In this document: positions 51,075 to 51,351 of the stretch, piece by piece
Layout: every line of letters begins with the position of its first letter
Position numbering within the stretch: position 1 is the stretch's first letter
Virus record (IMG/VR): IMGVR_UViG_3300037482_000077
Span: 1 to 51,351 of that record
Length of the DNA stretch: 51,351 bases
Direction: 5' to 3' (one strand)
From: a virus
Taxonomy: Duplodnaviria; Caudoviricetes
Translations under genes and position numbers: made by a program
The notes under the pieces: model-generated
Told to the model about the DNA's origin: nothing
The model's input: the letters and a program-made list of their open reading frames with translations, nothing else
The model's database searches: none

Positions 51075-51344
51075 GCCGCCTCCTCAGACGATGCCGGCTC
51101 GTCGAGCAAGCACGACAAATGCTGCTGCAGCTTGCAGCGCCACAACGCCGTTGCCGACGCACTTGAGGCGTGCGGCTCGGCTATCACCCATGTCGAAGGC
51201 CAGCCCATTAACCACGCGGCGAAAATCGGGTTCAATTGCCGGCGCGAGCTCGGGATGCTCTCGCAGGATTGCGCCCCATCGCGGGTCGCTTGGACCAGGG
51301 GCGAAAAGGCTACGAAGTTCGGTAGTTGGTCCATGTGCTTCCTG
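51071..51344 (-). pseudogene. 3' part of the frameshifted WPTP-motif gene (joins 92-874 across the circular junction)
   Basis: RQLNPIFAAWLMGWP motif. Confidence 0.65.
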
Positions 51345-51351
51345 GGCGCGG

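Noticed and set aside
51219-51351. Terminal repeat as a biological direct terminal repeat
   Set aside because: It falls mid-gene, its length is typical of an assembly overlap, and it ends at a homopolymer; better explained as circular assembly.

Overview
The window is an essentially complete temperate siphovirus-like phage genome, GC-rich, with an approximately 51,218 bp circular unit (bases 1-126 recur at 51219-51344). The host is probably a betaproteobacterium (inference). The organisation is lambdoid. The immunity region has a cI-like and a cro-like gene with five CC-N6-GG operators. Replication uses an O-like initiator with internal iterons plus DnaC. The PL arm carries an acyl carrier protein, Bet/Exo/SSB, an HNH-AP2 nuclease, xis and a tyrosine integrase, followed by an intact attP matching the 3' end of a tRNA-Ser. 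A nin-like region and a Q-like antiterminator precede the late operon on the minus strand (terminase, portal, capsid, head accessory proteins, tail, GTA-type tail tip, lysis). The standout feature is a self-contained cassette inside the tail operon (30195-31969). It contains a divergent XRE regulator, a stand-alone RAMP/Cas7-like protein, an unknown partner protein and a non-coding array of three ~110-nt units. Each unit is 10-11 pentamers (GGY-like triplet plus a variable NN) closed by a conserved hairpin. Read as a gapped NNx code, unit 3 resembles the neighbouring tail gene, which suggests RNA-guided targeting of related competing phages. Secondary findings include integron attC-like gene cassettes without an integron integrase, a frameshifting poly-G tract, structured RNAs in the PL leader, two autoregulated mini-morons and an HslV-like protease. 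All calls come from motif recognition by eye; no database searches were run.
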